From positions 1-58,215 of IMG/VR virus record IMGVR_UViG_3300009417_000001: a stretch of 58,215 bases of DNA; one strand, given 5' to 3'. A program made the translations under genes and the position numbers. Of this stretch, positions 35,507 to 45,827 are shown in pieces (the first letter of the stretch is position 1; each line of letters starts with the position of its first letter). The DNA comes from a virus. A model generated the notes under the pieces. That model saw only the letters and a program-made list of their open reading frames with translations. It did no database searches and was not told the origin of the DNA.

Positions 35507-37911
35507 GTTACATTGGTAGAGAAGAAAAAGGCCCCGACGAGTACTTCAAAAAGTTTTCTGGGGCTGTCGAGGCTCGGAAGCTTTTTGAGACCTATGAGTC
35601 TGCCGCCGCAAGCAGCTTACGGCACCTAGGACGTATTGAGAACCTGCTGTCCGGCAAACCCCCATACAGCCCCGAGAAGTTAAAGACTTTGGGGTATGGA
35701 GACATGGCGAACTACAACACCCGGGAGGCCATGCAACGGGCTCGCCGGAAGGTACGGTCTCGGGTCGATCTAATGATCTCTACCAATTCCCTGGTAAAAA
35801 CGAACATCCCTCAGACTGAGTTTGAGGGGACAGAATCAGAACGCATCGAAGTTGAGAACATCCTTGAGGAAGAGGTCAAAACCCTTTTCCGCAAAGCCGG
35901 TTTGAAAAAGGTACGCCTCCACCGCACCCGGTCATCGGTTGAGAAAGGTGCAGGCATTGTGTTCTTCCCCAACAAAGAAGATTTCCGACCTGTAAACGCC
36001 GAGAGAGGCCGCTGTTTCGTAGAGAAGAATGCCCCGATGGACCCACGCGGGTGGGATTGCTTTTTCATCGCCGATTCTCGGAAGCCTTTCTCACTAATGC
36101 AGGTGTTGGAAGCTCCGGGGTGGGAAGGACCCGAAGAGAAGAACCAACACCTAAGAGGTTGGAATCGAGAAGCGGTTCGAGAAGCCCTATACAACAGCCA
36201 GAACCCCGACGCCGCCACGGACCCAGAGAAAGCATACGACGTTTCTAAATGGGAGGTGTTTGCAAAATCCTTGAAAATGGGGTCGACCGCAGCCGAGTCG
36301 AGAGTGATGTCTCAGAAGATCCCTGTGGTGCACCTGTACCAACGTAACACTCGCGGAGGAGTAGACAGATACATGTTCGCCCAGGAAGGGACTGGAAAGT
36401 CATTCATGCTTTGGGAAGAGGATGCCTACGAAGATTTTAACCAGTGCGTCCACGTATTGTATTATGACAACCTCCAAGAACACTACTGGGAGGCCGAGGG
36501 ACTTGGCCACGAGGTGTTCGATCTCGAACTTGTCCAACTCCGACTTTTGAACCGGACCATCGACAACATCGACTTGGTCATGACGCCTGTGTGGAAGCAC
36601 TCCACGTCTCCCGATCACCAGGGACGCCGGACCCGAGGTAAGCGAAGCAAGCCGATCCAAATCGATAGGTTTATCCACGTCAACGAGAACGACGATTTGG
36701 ACATGCTTCCCAACACTTCTGGCGCGGTGTCAGGTCCACTCGCGGTCAAAAACTACTTGGACGAGCTTTCCGAAGGCCACGTCAACGGGTCGCAAGTCAG
36801 TTCAAGCGACCGGGGGTCTAGCAAACAACCAATCTCCTCTCGTGAAGCAGCCAATATCCAAGCCCAGATATCTGAGCAGCAAGTGGTAGAGGCAGACTCT
36901 TTCTACGACCAGGAAGACGAGCTACTCGAAGAGATTATAAAGCGGGTCTTGGCACCTAATTATCCAAAAGAACGCCGATATGGATATCACCTAGTTAAGC
37001 AATTTCTCAAACGTTTGGAAGATAGGGGAGTCCCGAGCAAATTTAGAAAGTTGAAAGCGATCAAGCACGATCGGCACGACGACAGTGAAAAAGAGAGTTA
37101 CGAACTCCCCTTCGACATTCACTTCGAGAGGGCCATCGGGGCCGGATCTCTCCAGGAGAGAATGCAACGACTTCAACTAGGTTACCGGGAACGGGGGGCT
37201 CTAAGCCCAAAGGGTCGCGCCCGGATCTCCCGAGACTTCTTCCAGGAGTTATTTGGAGAGGATAAAGCCAACCAGTACTCTGGAGACATTTCAGATAAGA
37301 CGGAGAACTTACCATCTAAAGCCGACGATGACATTCGTCAGGAGAATTGCTTCTTCATACTAGGATGTGATCCCGGAGTGGCGCAGGACCACAACCACCA
37401 ACTGCACGCAGGCAATCACATAGCTTTTGTAGAAGACTTTATTCAGAAGTCGCAGCAGCCGGGGCCAGATGGTCAACCGACCATACCCCCTGGGAAAGTA
37501 CTAACCATCTTGAACTACGGCAACCCGCACATCGCCCGACACATCGACGAGTTTCGAGTTCAGGCAACCACTGAAGAATTGTCGAAGATTCACGGAGACC
37601 TCACCCAACGCCTTACAGCTTTAGAAGGGTATCGCAAACGTTTGGAAAACGACATCAAACAAGAGCAAGAGGCCGCCGCGAACGAACAGCAGAAGCAGCA
37701 GCAGGCAATCCTGGAGAACATCAACAAAGTGGATTCCGAGAATCGAAACCTTCGTATTAGTCTGATGGAGCTCCAAGGCAAGCGGGATATCCAGGAGCGG
37801 GAACACCAATTGAAAACTCGCCGAGACGAAGAGCGACACGCAGGCGAAACCCGCCGAATGGAAGAGAAACACGAGTTAGAAAAGAGAAGATTAGATGGCG
37901 ACACCACTTAA
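35503..37911 (+). CDS. portal protein (putative)
   Basis: 802 aa. It lies between the terminase and the scaffold. It has a charged coiled-coil C-terminus. Confidence 0.6.
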   Translation: MSYIGREEKGPDEYFKKFSGAVEARKLFETYESAAASSLRHLGRIENLLSGKPPYSPEKLKTLGYGDMANYNTREAMQRARRKVRSRVDLMISTNSLVKTNIPQTEFEGTESERIEVENILEEEVKTLFRKAGLKKVRLHRTRSSVEKGAGIVFFPNKEDFRPVNAERGRCFVEKNAPMDPRGWDCFFIADSRKPFSLMQVLEAPGWEGPEEKNQHLRGWNREAVREALYNSQNPDAATDPEKAYDVSKWEVFAKSLKMGSTAAESRVMSQKIPVVHLYQRNTRGGVDRYMFAQEGTGKSFMLWEEDAYEDFNQCVHVLYYDNLQEHYWEAEGLGHEVFDLELVQLRLLNRTIDNIDLVMTPVWKHSTSPDHQGRRTRGKRSKPIQIDRFIHVNENDDLDMLPNTSGAVSGPLAVKNYLDELSEGHVNGSQVSSSDRGSSKQPISSREAANIQAQISEQQVVEADSFYDQEDELLEEIIKRVLAPNYPKERRYGYHLVKQFLKRLEDRGVPSKFRKLKAIKHDRHDDSEKESYELPFDIHFERAIGAGSLQERMQRLQLGYRERGALSPKGRARISRDFFQELFGEDKANQYSGDISDKTENLPSKADDDIRQENCFFILGCDPGVAQDHNHQLHAGNHIAFVEDFIQKSQQPGPDGQPTIPPGKVLTILNYGNPHIARHIDEFRVQATTEELSKIHGDLTQRLTALEGYRKRLENDIKQEQEAAANEQQKQQQAILENINKVDSENRNLRISLMELQGKRDIQEREHQLKTRRDEERHAGETRRMEEKHELEKRRLDGDTT

Positions 37912-38176
37912 CGAGCACCCGGCAATCTCAGAGGGAGAGTCCGACGCCCTTGTAAAATTTCGAATTTCTGCCGAGGGGTGTCGGATTGCTGACATCATGA
38001 TGAAGATATCGACCTTGGCACGGACCAACAACCCAGAAGAACTAACCGAGTCATCCAGCGCATACCGACTCGGTTACCTGGAAGGGTACCAAGCGATGGC
38101 CCAAGCTTTTAATAGTATTGGTGACCGAGAAGATTTCAAAACCCTCCCCAACCCCTGGGGCGAAGACGCATATTAA
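37895..38176 (+). CDS. hypothetical protein
   Basis: 93-aa ORF. Confidence 0.6.
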   Translation: MATPLNEHPAISEGESDALVKFRISAEGCRIADIMMKISTLARTNNPEELTESSSAYRLGYLEGYQAMAQAFNSIGDREDFKTLPNPWGEDAY

Positions 38177-38197
38177 ACCCAGTACTAGGAGTACCAC

Positions 38198-39271
38198 ATG
38201 GCCGAATTAGACGACATTTTAAAACGAGTTCAAGAGGGTGAAGACCCAGCAGACATTCAGAAAGAAGAAGAGGGGGTCGCAGCGTCAGAGGCGACTTCCG
38301 AAGACCCACCCCCAGAAACACCTCCAGGGGAGGGCGGGACTGAAGAAAGCACGTTTAACCCGACGGATCTCTTGGGAGATGAGGTTGAGAAAGAAGTACC
38401 TTCTGACAAAGAGACTAATTTTTCAAACCTTCGATCTCTCCTCGAAGCCGAAAAGAAAAGCAACCAGGAGTTGAAAGAAACCAATGAGAAATTGCAGAAG
38501 GCTGTGTCACAAGTTGACATTAGACTTTCTCCAGAATTTCAAAAGGAGTTTGACGCCCCTTTGATGGAACTTCAAAAATCATTTACCGCAGGTATCGGCC
38601 ACCTGGATCTCCCTGCCGAGGTTGCCGGGCAACTGAACCAGATGAGTCTGACAGACCTTACAAAAACCCTCAACGATTACCAAGTACCCTCGGTACTGCA
38701 AAACAGGTTGGTTTCGGACTTCTTGAAGATGCGGGAGATTGCTGCCAGTCGCCAAGAAGTGTTGACTCACAACTCGGCCGCGCAAGAAGAATACATTTCC
38801 AAAATGCGGTCTGAGAAAGCTAACCACGTCCAAAACCTCGCGGCATCTCGCAACCAAGCTATTCGAGGAGGGATCGACGCCGCCTTTAGTGAGGGTCTCA
38901 CCCTACTCGGGGAACCTGGAACACCAGAAGAAAAGGAAGCCTTGAAGGCCGACCTTCAAGAAGTGGTGAACTTAGTAAACAACGCGGGGCAAGACCCTCA
39001 GAAAGGCTTTGAGAACCAGGTTAAAAACATGGTTCGGGGAGTCCGGTACGGAGCTTTGGACAAAGAGTACAAGGAGTTGCGCGGCAAGTACAACGACCTA
39101 CTCCAAAAAGCCAAAGCTCAAGGCATCGTCACAGATCACAAACTGGATGTAGAAGTTAAAGGGGGGTCGGCACCCGCCCCCGAAAATCCAACGTTTGAAG
39201 AATTAACCCACGCTTTGAAATCGGGCCAGATGGCACCGGGTGGGTCTTATGACGCGATGAGCAAGCGGTAA
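38198..39271 (+). CDS. scaffolding protein (putative)
   Basis: Acidic N-terminus, helical and coiled-coil composition. It lies immediately upstream of the putative capsid gene and has an AGGAG ribosome-binding site. Confidence 0.55.
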   Translation: MAELDDILKRVQEGEDPADIQKEEEGVAASEATSEDPPPETPPGEGGTEESTFNPTDLLGDEVEKEVPSDKETNFSNLRSLLEAEKKSNQELKETNEKLQKAVSQVDIRLSPEFQKEFDAPLMELQKSFTAGIGHLDLPAEVAGQLNQMSLTDLTKTLNDYQVPSVLQNRLVSDFLKMREIAASRQEVLTHNSAAQEEYISKMRSEKANHVQNLAASRNQAIRGGIDAAFSEGLTLLGEPGTPEEKEALKADLQEVVNLVNNAGQDPQKGFENQVKNMVRGVRYGALDKEYKELRGKYNDLLQKAKAQGIVTDHKLDVEVKGGSAPAPENPTFEELTHALKSGQMAPGGSYDAMSKR

Positions 39272-39291
39272 AAACAATCGTGATATGGGGC

Positions 39292-39321
39292 TTGACAGAT
39301 TTTGGGGTCGGCCCCTATAAT
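39292..39321 (+). promoter_or_regulatory. consensus sigma70-type promoter (TTGACA, 18 nt, TATAAT)
   Basis: TTGACA at 39292..39297 and TATAAT at 39316..39321. It lies about 150 nt upstream of the putative capsid gene. Confidence 0.65.
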
Positions 39322-39468
39322 ATAATTAGTAACTCAAAAGACTTGCGTTTCTAATAGGTGTACTCGGGGACCCGCCGACCCCAAGCGATTTAGTCTGGAC
39401 TGTAAGAAGTGGTTCGTCCCTGCTGGAGTTAAAGTAGAATATTTTTAACTTTAACAGGAGCCCAAAAC

Positions 39469-41319
39469 ATGGCTACCCAAGACACCCTTATGGGTCCGTT
39501 TAGCGGATGCACAGACAAAGTTTTCAACAACTTTTTTATCGCCACCGAATGTAAAATCACCGATGGTATTTGTAACTATCTAGAAAAGAACCCCAGTACC
39601 AACAAGTGGGCAGATACTATCGTAACAACCGAACCCTTTCCTAAAGGTGCCGGATTGAACATGACTCGCTGGGTCTACCACGCAACACCAGCCCCTCAAA
39701 TCCCTACAAACGAACTTTGGCAGAAATACCAAGTATCTCACGAGGGTACTCCAGACCTTAACCCGAATGACCCGGGATACGAAGAGCCGTACAACGCATG
39801 TTTGACCGAGTGTCATACCTTGGGGTACGGCCTCGAAGCCAAGAACTGGTCCATGCAGCGACTTTGTTTGGCTACCACCTGGCTCTGTGCACAAGACCTA
39901 TGGTCCATGACCTACGTCGAGGAACTTCTCGCCGCTCAGGCAGACAACCTCGCCCGTGTAAGCCGCACAATCAAAGCCAACTGGAACCGCGATAAAACGT
40001 TGGAATACTCTCAAATCGTACCCCTCTTCCAAGGGTACCGGGAAGTCATCGACCACATCCGCGCTCCAAAAGGGTGTATGCCTTCGATTCCACCAGGCGG
40101 GATCTGCTGCCTCTCGATCGAGTACTTCTATCACATCTACGACGCGCTCTCGCGCCAGTTCCCAGAATCGGGTATTGGAAGCTACGGCGGCCAACCTGTC
40201 TACGGTGCGATCGCCTCGGCAAAAGCAATTTTCGAAATGTTCCGGTCTGACCCCGAGTGGATCGACCTGTTCAAATACGACCCCGCGATGTCCGACTTCT
40301 ATCGAAATGGGTACAACAAAGGAGTTGGATCAAACGTGTTTGGTTTCAGCTTCATGTACGACCCGGAAGCCCCGCGCTGGAATGAAGATCCAAACCGCCC
40401 TAACCAACTTGTCCGGGTCTACCCGTACGAAGAAGGTGCTGCGTCAATAGGCAGTCGTTTTGATACACCGATCGGTGGATCATACGACATGGCTGAATAC
40501 GAAGCCATCATCATCTTGTTCCGCGACCAATTCACCAACGTACCGTTTGACCTCCCGACCAACTACGGAAGCGGAGTAAACTTCGGCGACGTGGATTACA
40601 ACGGACGAGTCAAATGGCAGCGTCACCGCAACTGTGAAGACGAAGACTCCCTTATGGGTCGTTTCCGTATGCAGTGGATCATGGGTACGAAACCTGGGTG
40701 CCACGATGCGGGACTCGCGTTCCTTTTCAAACGTTGTGAACGCTCTATCCCTTGCTCGATCCTCACCGACGATTGCGACGAAACCGAATCTCCAGACATT
40801 GTCTGCGAGCAAGGCGAAGACAGCACTCAACTTTGCGTGACTCCAGCAGTCGCCCTAGACCCAGCACCTGTTGCCGGAGACGTAGTCTACGTTTCGACAG
40901 CAGACGGATCTACTTTGGCTGCCGAGGCACTGAGTAACGAAGGCGGCAAACTCTGCCTCCAATTCGTATGCCCAGTAGACTGCGGAGTTGGTGGAGGCAT
41001 CACAGGACTCACCACGACACCAGATTGCATCGGGGTATGTGGTCTTCACGTAGACTTGGAAGAGTTTGCCGACGGTGACGCAACTGTCCTTCGCACGGTG
41101 ATCAAGTTCCAACTCTTGGCGGGTAACACCCTCGGAGATGTGACTCCTGGAGCCATGTACACGGCATCCTTCGCGGACGGAACCTCATACACCGTAGTCA
41201 TCGGTGGTGGTCCTGGACCGAACGGAGAGTTCACCATCGTGTTCGATGGAGACTACTCGGAAGACTTGGTCGATTCCTTGAGCTTGGGCGGCCTCACCTG
41301 CCTCAGCCCAACGGCCTAA
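39469..41319 (+). CDS. major capsid protein (putative) with a Cys-rich C-terminal extension
   Basis: Its position after the scaffold, a strong promoter, an AGGAG ribosome-binding site and a terminator-like hairpin downstream. 616 aa. Confidence 0.5.
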   Translation: MATQDTLMGPFSGCTDKVFNNFFIATECKITDGICNYLEKNPSTNKWADTIVTTEPFPKGAGLNMTRWVYHATPAPQIPTNELWQKYQVSHEGTPDLNPNDPGYEEPYNACLTECHTLGYGLEAKNWSMQRLCLATTWLCAQDLWSMTYVEELLAAQADNLARVSRTIKANWNRDKTLEYSQIVPLFQGYREVIDHIRAPKGCMPSIPPGGICCLSIEYFYHIYDALSRQFPESGIGSYGGQPVYGAIASAKAIFEMFRSDPEWIDLFKYDPAMSDFYRNGYNKGVGSNVFGFSFMYDPEAPRWNEDPNRPNQLVRVYPYEEGAASIGSRFDTPIGGSYDMAEYEAIIILFRDQFTNVPFDLPTNYGSGVNFGDVDYNGRVKWQRHRNCEDEDSLMGRFRMQWIMGTKPGCHDAGLAFLFKRCERSIPCSILTDDCDETESPDIVCEQGEDSTQLCVTPAVALDPAPVAGDVVYVSTADGSTLAAEALSNEGGKLCLQFVCPVDCGVGGGITGLTTTPDCIGVCGLHVDLEEFADGDATVLRTVIKFQLLAGNTLGDVTPGAMYTASFADGTSYTVVIGGGPGPNGEFTIVFDGDYSEDLVDSLSLGGLTCLSPTA

Positions 41320-41337
41320 TTCTCCTAACTAACTGGA

Positions 41338-41365
41338 CCCCTCCCTATAACTGGGGAGGGTGTTT
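41338..41365 (+). terminator. terminator-like hairpin after the capsid gene
   Basis: CCCCTCCC (41338..41345) pairs with GGGGAGGG (41353..41360), followed by TGTTT. The U-tract is weak. Confidence 0.45.
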
Positions 41366-41371
41366 AATCAC

Positions 41372-41707
41372 ATGAGTGTAAAAGACTTACTTAGCCAAAT
41401 CCTCTGTCTCTTAAAGGACAAGGTGACCCCTATCGGGGGAGCCTCCTGCGAAGACCCCATATTTGTCCAAACGTGTAACGTACCGGACACTACTGGGATT
41501 GAGACCGTAGGTCCTTTACCAATGTGTGTTGACGGTGAGCCTGTTGGGTTCGCCGTGATTTTGATCGGAGAGGACGGGGTCGCACAACCTACCAGGTTCT
41601 ACGACGCCTCTCTCAACCCGGTCGCCTCGCTGCCAGAAGGAGCCACTTTTTGCCCGGCTGCCAGCGAACCCCAATTTGTTGACACTCTTAAATGTTTGAA
41701 CACCTAA
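41372..41707 (+). CDS. virion-module hypothetical protein
   Basis: ATG at 41372 with GGAGG upstream. Confidence 0.65.
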   Translation: MSVKDLLSQILCLLKDKVTPIGGASCEDPIFVQTCNVPDTTGIETVGPLPMCVDGEPVGFAVILIGEDGVAQPTRFYDASLNPVASLPEGATFCPAASEPQFVDTLKCLNT

Positions 41708-41719
41708 CGAAACCAGAAC

Positions 41720-42100
41720 ATGTCCTGTAAATACACCGAACGATTCAACCCCATCACGGGGGAAACCACCGTCTACGGCCCTGATGGGGTTGTAACCGAT
41801 GAGACCATCTTGGCCAACCTCGTATGTTGCCCAACGTTGACTCCTGACAAAGAAGAAGTCTGCCTCCAGCCTATTAAGAATACCGACCCAGCCTTGATCA
41901 CTCCTGGTTGGCTCGTATCCACCATGTCCACCAGTCACGAAGGGGTTACGACTGTTGTCGGAACGCCGACATTGATGGACCACGGAATGCTGAAAGACAT
42001 CTCCGCGACCCACGAAGTCGTACCTTGCCCAAATGACGCCCCAGTTGACACCCAGCTTTGCTTTGTTCCCCCAAAAGGCAAAAAAGTAAAAGGCAAATAA
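41720..42100 (+). CDS. virion-module hypothetical protein (N-terminus MSCK)
   Basis: 126-aa ORF. Confidence 0.65.
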   Translation: MSCKYTERFNPITGETTVYGPDGVVTDETILANLVCCPTLTPDKEEVCLQPIKNTDPALITPGWLVSTMSTSHEGVTTVVGTPTLMDHGMLKDISATHEVVPCPNDAPVDTQLCFVPPKGKKVKGK

Positions 42101-42104
42101 TCCG

Positions 42105-43091
42105 ATGAGTTCATGCTGCTCTAAATCTACACATACGGCTCGCTCCTTAAATGGAGTTACCCGGTTCATTCGAAATAGCGACGGGGTTGTCGAAACCGAC
42201 CCCGACGTCATTGCCCAACTTCAAGCCATGTTGGACGCGGCGGATGATTCTGTAGATTGTGATGCATGTACGATTGAGGACGCCCTAACGACCTGCGACG
42301 GTTCAACCGGTGGTAAGGTCACTAAAGAATACATCCCCGTTGGGTTCAGCCCCCCACAGGCTTTTCCCAACGGTTCCTCTGTCACGTTCGGCGGGGTTAC
42401 AGTACCTGTGCCGGACGGGCAGCTTTTTGACGAGTCGCCCGATAACCCAAATGCGGTTCCGGCTTCGATCCCGTGGATTGCTTGGCTTAATGATCAGTTT
42501 CCTACGGCCAATTTTGCGTATGTCCCGACTAGCGGTCAGGATTCAACCTGGGCCTGTGGTTCATGGTCGATCCAAGTTGGTGCTCGGACCCTTGATTCTA
42601 TCGATGTCACAACCATCGACCCCGATTTCCCAGACGCTTATTGTGAACCTAAATGCGCGATCCGAGTGAAGGTCTGCGGCTTCGACACGCTTCTTGACAA
42701 ACTAGACACGTTGATCGAGCAGACAGCTCCTCAGATTTGTGCTTACTGCACAGACATCGTATTCGATGGTCGATTATGGAACACGACGAGTGCCATCCAG
42801 TTTGGTCAGCTCGCTCCCCAGGATACTTGGGCCGACGTAGAGACATATCTCACGAGCCTCGGATATACCGTGGAAGACGTGATCAACATTTTACCCGGCG
42901 GGATTCGAGTATCCCGCGACATCAAACGGATTTGCGGACCTGTACCCCTCGGCGATATAACCCACGCCAGAGGAACGGTCGCTCTTGAGTGGGTAGGGAA
43001 AACTGACTGTTGCTGTGAGACTCCGACAGAGGCCACATGCGACTGCCCTGAGACCCCGACTAAAATCACCACCTATAACCAAGGACGATAA
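42105..43091 (+). CDS. virion-module hypothetical protein (N-terminus MSSCC)
   Basis: 328-aa ORF. Confidence 0.7.
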   Translation: MSSCCSKSTHTARSLNGVTRFIRNSDGVVETDPDVIAQLQAMLDAADDSVDCDACTIEDALTTCDGSTGGKVTKEYIPVGFSPPQAFPNGSSVTFGGVTVPVPDGQLFDESPDNPNAVPASIPWIAWLNDQFPTANFAYVPTSGQDSTWACGSWSIQVGARTLDSIDVTTIDPDFPDAYCEPKCAIRVKVCGFDTLLDKLDTLIEQTAPQICAYCTDIVFDGRLWNTTSAIQFGQLAPQDTWADVETYLTSLGYTVEDVINILPGGIRVSRDIKRICGPVPLGDITHARGTVALEWVGKTDCCCETPTEATCDCPETPTKITTYNQGR

Positions 43092-43660
43092 TGAGTTGCT
43101 GCGAAACTGAAATTAAAGACCTGCAAGACGCGGTCGTAAAACTAATCGATGACCTACCGGGTCCCTGCGCCCTTACCCCTTTGTCTGACAACGAGTTGGA
43201 CACGGCTATCCGCACAGGAACCCCCGGCACATCGAGCGAATTCGCCCGGTGTGATCACAACCACCCGATCCGTCGTCAGGCGAACCCCGGCACCCCAACC
43301 CTTACTTTTTCGGGCAACGCGACTTTTCCTCAAACCATCTTATTGGATTTCAATTCCACAGAGGAATGGGTGTCCTACGAGTGGCGAGTCCGTGTAGACT
43401 TTGCTACTGGCAATGGGTGGCGCACGATCGTCGTGCCGAACATACCAGGGTTTCAACGCCCAATCATCGAAAGTGATTCTTACCGGAATGTCGGTAACCC
43501 GGAGCCTGACGCCGCGACGCTGGGGGCTCGACCTGAGCAACCGTACATGGGCGATGAAGTAGCACACTGGTCTTCAACCCAGCGACTCTATTTCGGCCTC
43601 CGCGTCGAAGAAGCGGGACGGATTTACGTCCGGGTCCGCGCTAAATTTATTCGGAACTAA
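43091..43660 (+). CDS. minor tail / fibre protein (N-terminus MSCC)
   Basis: GTSSEFARCDHNH resembles the G-x-S-x3-AR-x-DH-x-H motif that recurs in tail-fibre proteins. Confidence 0.5.
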   Translation: MSCCETEIKDLQDAVVKLIDDLPGPCALTPLSDNELDTAIRTGTPGTSSEFARCDHNHPIRRQANPGTPTLTFSGNATFPQTILLDFNSTEEWVSYEWRVRVDFATGNGWRTIVVPNIPGFQRPIIESDSYRNVGNPEPDAATLGARPEQPYMGDEVAHWSSTQRLYFGLRVEEAGRIYVRVRAKFIRN

Positions 43661-43662
43661 TT

Positions 43663-44076
43663 ATGAGTTATTTTACAGCGACATCCGACCTGCCTATGGC
43701 CCAACCTTTGGACGCCAAGGTCCAGACGATCAAGACTTTGAAAGAAGTCGCGACGCTCGACCTGACAAAGAGCTACGTCATCGATGTTAACTTCCCGGAG
43801 CCTGACGAAGCTATGAGTGATGCCACAATGGACAAGCTCGATTCGAAGTTACGCCTTCGCAACAAGATTCACGCGGCGGTTAACGCGCGGTTCGAGAAAG
43901 AGATGGTTCCCGAGATCGACCCCGTCCAAGAGGCAATCAACGCCGGAATGTCTGACGAACAGATTAAAGAAAAGTTCCTCAAAAAAGACATTATAAAGAC
44001 GGCCAAGGCAAACAAGATATCTGCCCGAGGCAACGAACTAACTATCATCCAACGGATTAGAAAATCAACAAAGTAA
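43663..44076 (+). CDS. hypothetical protein
   Basis: 137-aa ORF. Confidence 0.65.
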   Translation: MSYFTATSDLPMAQPLDAKVQTIKTLKEVATLDLTKSYVIDVNFPEPDEAMSDATMDKLDSKLRLRNKIHAAVNARFEKEMVPEIDPVQEAINAGMSDEQIKEKFLKKDIIKTAKANKISARGNELTIIQRIRKSTK

Positions 44077-44085
44077 AACGTTTTA
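44074..44085. repeat. TAAAACGTTTTA palindrome overlapping a stop codon, 24 nt before the next ATG
   Basis: Read in the sequence. Confidence 0.9.
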
Positions 44086-44108
44086 AAATTATTGGGAAAG
44101 ACCACAAC

Positions 44109-45824
44109 ATGAGTAACTGTAACTGCGGAAAATGTAAGACCTGTACCGGGTCTCTTTGGAAAAAATTCTTGAATCCTCGGGCGGCCGCGCGAGAGATCGC
44201 CAGGCTGTGTGGTTGCCTAGGCGACCTGGAAGCCAAACTCAACGAATGTTGCGAAGGGGCGGGAGAACATACTGTTGACACCGACACAACTACAGAGCTT
44301 GGACCCGGCGTCGTGGACCCGGATACTGGCGTGACCACCTACCAAGTGACCTACGTAAATGTGGTCACGGGGACAACCATTGTGGGACCCGTCATTTCGG
44401 TACCCCCGGATACGGACACCCAGACAGTGATCGGACCTCCAGTTGTAGATCCCGTAACAGGTGTAACTACCTACTCTGTCGCTTACGTTGATGAGGATGG
44501 GGTCGAGACTCCGGGGAATCCCATCGTGGTCCCCGGCCCACCTACGGGAGGAGACGGGAGTCTGGTTCTTTCAGGGGTGGGGTCTGGTCGCATTTTGACC
44601 AACACTAATTCTAACGGTGGTACAAATGAAATTAATATCTGCGATTTAATGCCAGAAGCTTCAGCGGGTAATTCTTTATCGGGCAACTCCACAGGAACTT
44701 TCTCTGAGATCTCTTTCCGAGGCGAGAACGACGAGCCGGTGTCTGGATCTGGTCTGGACACGCCAGTAGCGGACTTTGCGCAGAAGGTTTTTGTAGCAAT
44801 ATCTGGCGGATGCAAGAAGGTATTCAACATCATCGTAGAAGATTGGCACCAGAATACTCTATATGTAGATGGTACATATGGAAACGATTCAACTGGATTG
44901 CGCGAGCGCCATGACCGCCCATTTAAGACGGTTTCTTCGGCCTACGGAGCGAGCCAGTCGGGGGATAAAATTTTCGTCCACACAGGTGTGTACACCGAGC
45001 CGAGAATAACCGTGGCCCACGACATCACTTTTTCGATGGAGGGGGTTACCTACAATGGCGACATATGGGCAGACGGAGATTTGCGTATGCAGATCTTGGG
45101 AAAACCCGATATGCTTGGGGGAGGTAGCGGTCGCACTCTGTTTATAATTAACGGTGCGGATGCGCGTTTGGAGATCGGGCTTTTGCGTAGCATATCTCTT
45201 GCCCTTCAAGTATATGAGCCAACAGAGCTTGGCACGCGCGCATGGTTAGAGGCTGATGAGATTCAAGGTTCTTGCTACGCCACCGGAGTAACTGACGGTT
45301 CTGGAAAGCCACACATGTATGTCAGCGTCGAAAAGGCGCGTCCAACACTAGCACCAAATCCGCTCTTTTACTCAAATCGAGGGGCCTTTATGTGGGTAGA
45401 TGTTCGGGATGCTAGAAACGAATTCCCAAGCGCAGGGGCACCTGGGGCGGGGTCATGCTTTAGTTGCCAATCCTCTTTTATGTGGATTGATTGCGACGAG
45501 GCGGTCTCGGTTAATGCGTCTTGCGTTGTTTCTCTAAGTTTTGGGGCTATCCGAGGCGAGACCCACATGATAACGGGACGATATAAAAGCGAGTCTGCTA
45601 CGCGAGCAACTGTAGACATCCAACCCGCAACAGATCAGCGGGTTAATATCCATGCGGGATCAGTCGTGCTCCATGATGGGACACACCCCCGGGCTATTGA
45701 AAAGCCTGTTGGAGTCGCGGCGGCCGAACTAAGGTTGTACAGCGAGGTGACTATAGAAAAGCCCATAGGTGCGGGCGTGATTCTACTCGTCGGCACGGCA
45801 GATGTTAACCCAAACGCGGAATAA
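44109..45824 (+). CDS. tailspike with right-handed beta-helix (pectate-lyase-like) domain (putative depolymerase)
   Basis: YVDGTYGNDSTGLRERHDRPFKTVSSAYGASQSGDKIFVHTGVYTE is a typical beta-helix N-cap pattern. The N-terminus is MSNCNCGKCKTC. Confidence 0.55.
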   Translation: MSNCNCGKCKTCTGSLWKKFLNPRAAAREIARLCGCLGDLEAKLNECCEGAGEHTVDTDTTTELGPGVVDPDTGVTTYQVTYVNVVTGTTIVGPVISVPPDTDTQTVIGPPVVDPVTGVTTYSVAYVDEDGVETPGNPIVVPGPPTGGDGSLVLSGVGSGRILTNTNSNGGTNEINICDLMPEASAGNSLSGNSTGTFSEISFRGENDEPVSGSGLDTPVADFAQKVFVAISGGCKKVFNIIVEDWHQNTLYVDGTYGNDSTGLRERHDRPFKTVSSAYGASQSGDKIFVHTGVYTEPRITVAHDITFSMEGVTYNGDIWADGDLRMQILGKPDMLGGGSGRTLFIINGADARLEIGLLRSISLALQVYEPTELGTRAWLEADEIQGSCYATGVTDGSGKPHMYVSVEKARPTLAPNPLFYSNRGAFMWVDVRDARNEFPSAGAPGAGSCFSCQSSFMWIDCDEAVSVNASCVVSLSFGAIRGETHMITGRYKSESATRATVDIQPATDQRVNIHAGSVVLHDGTHPRAIEKPVGVAAAELRLYSEVTIEKPIGAGVILLVGTADVNPNAE

Positions 45825-45827
45825 AAT

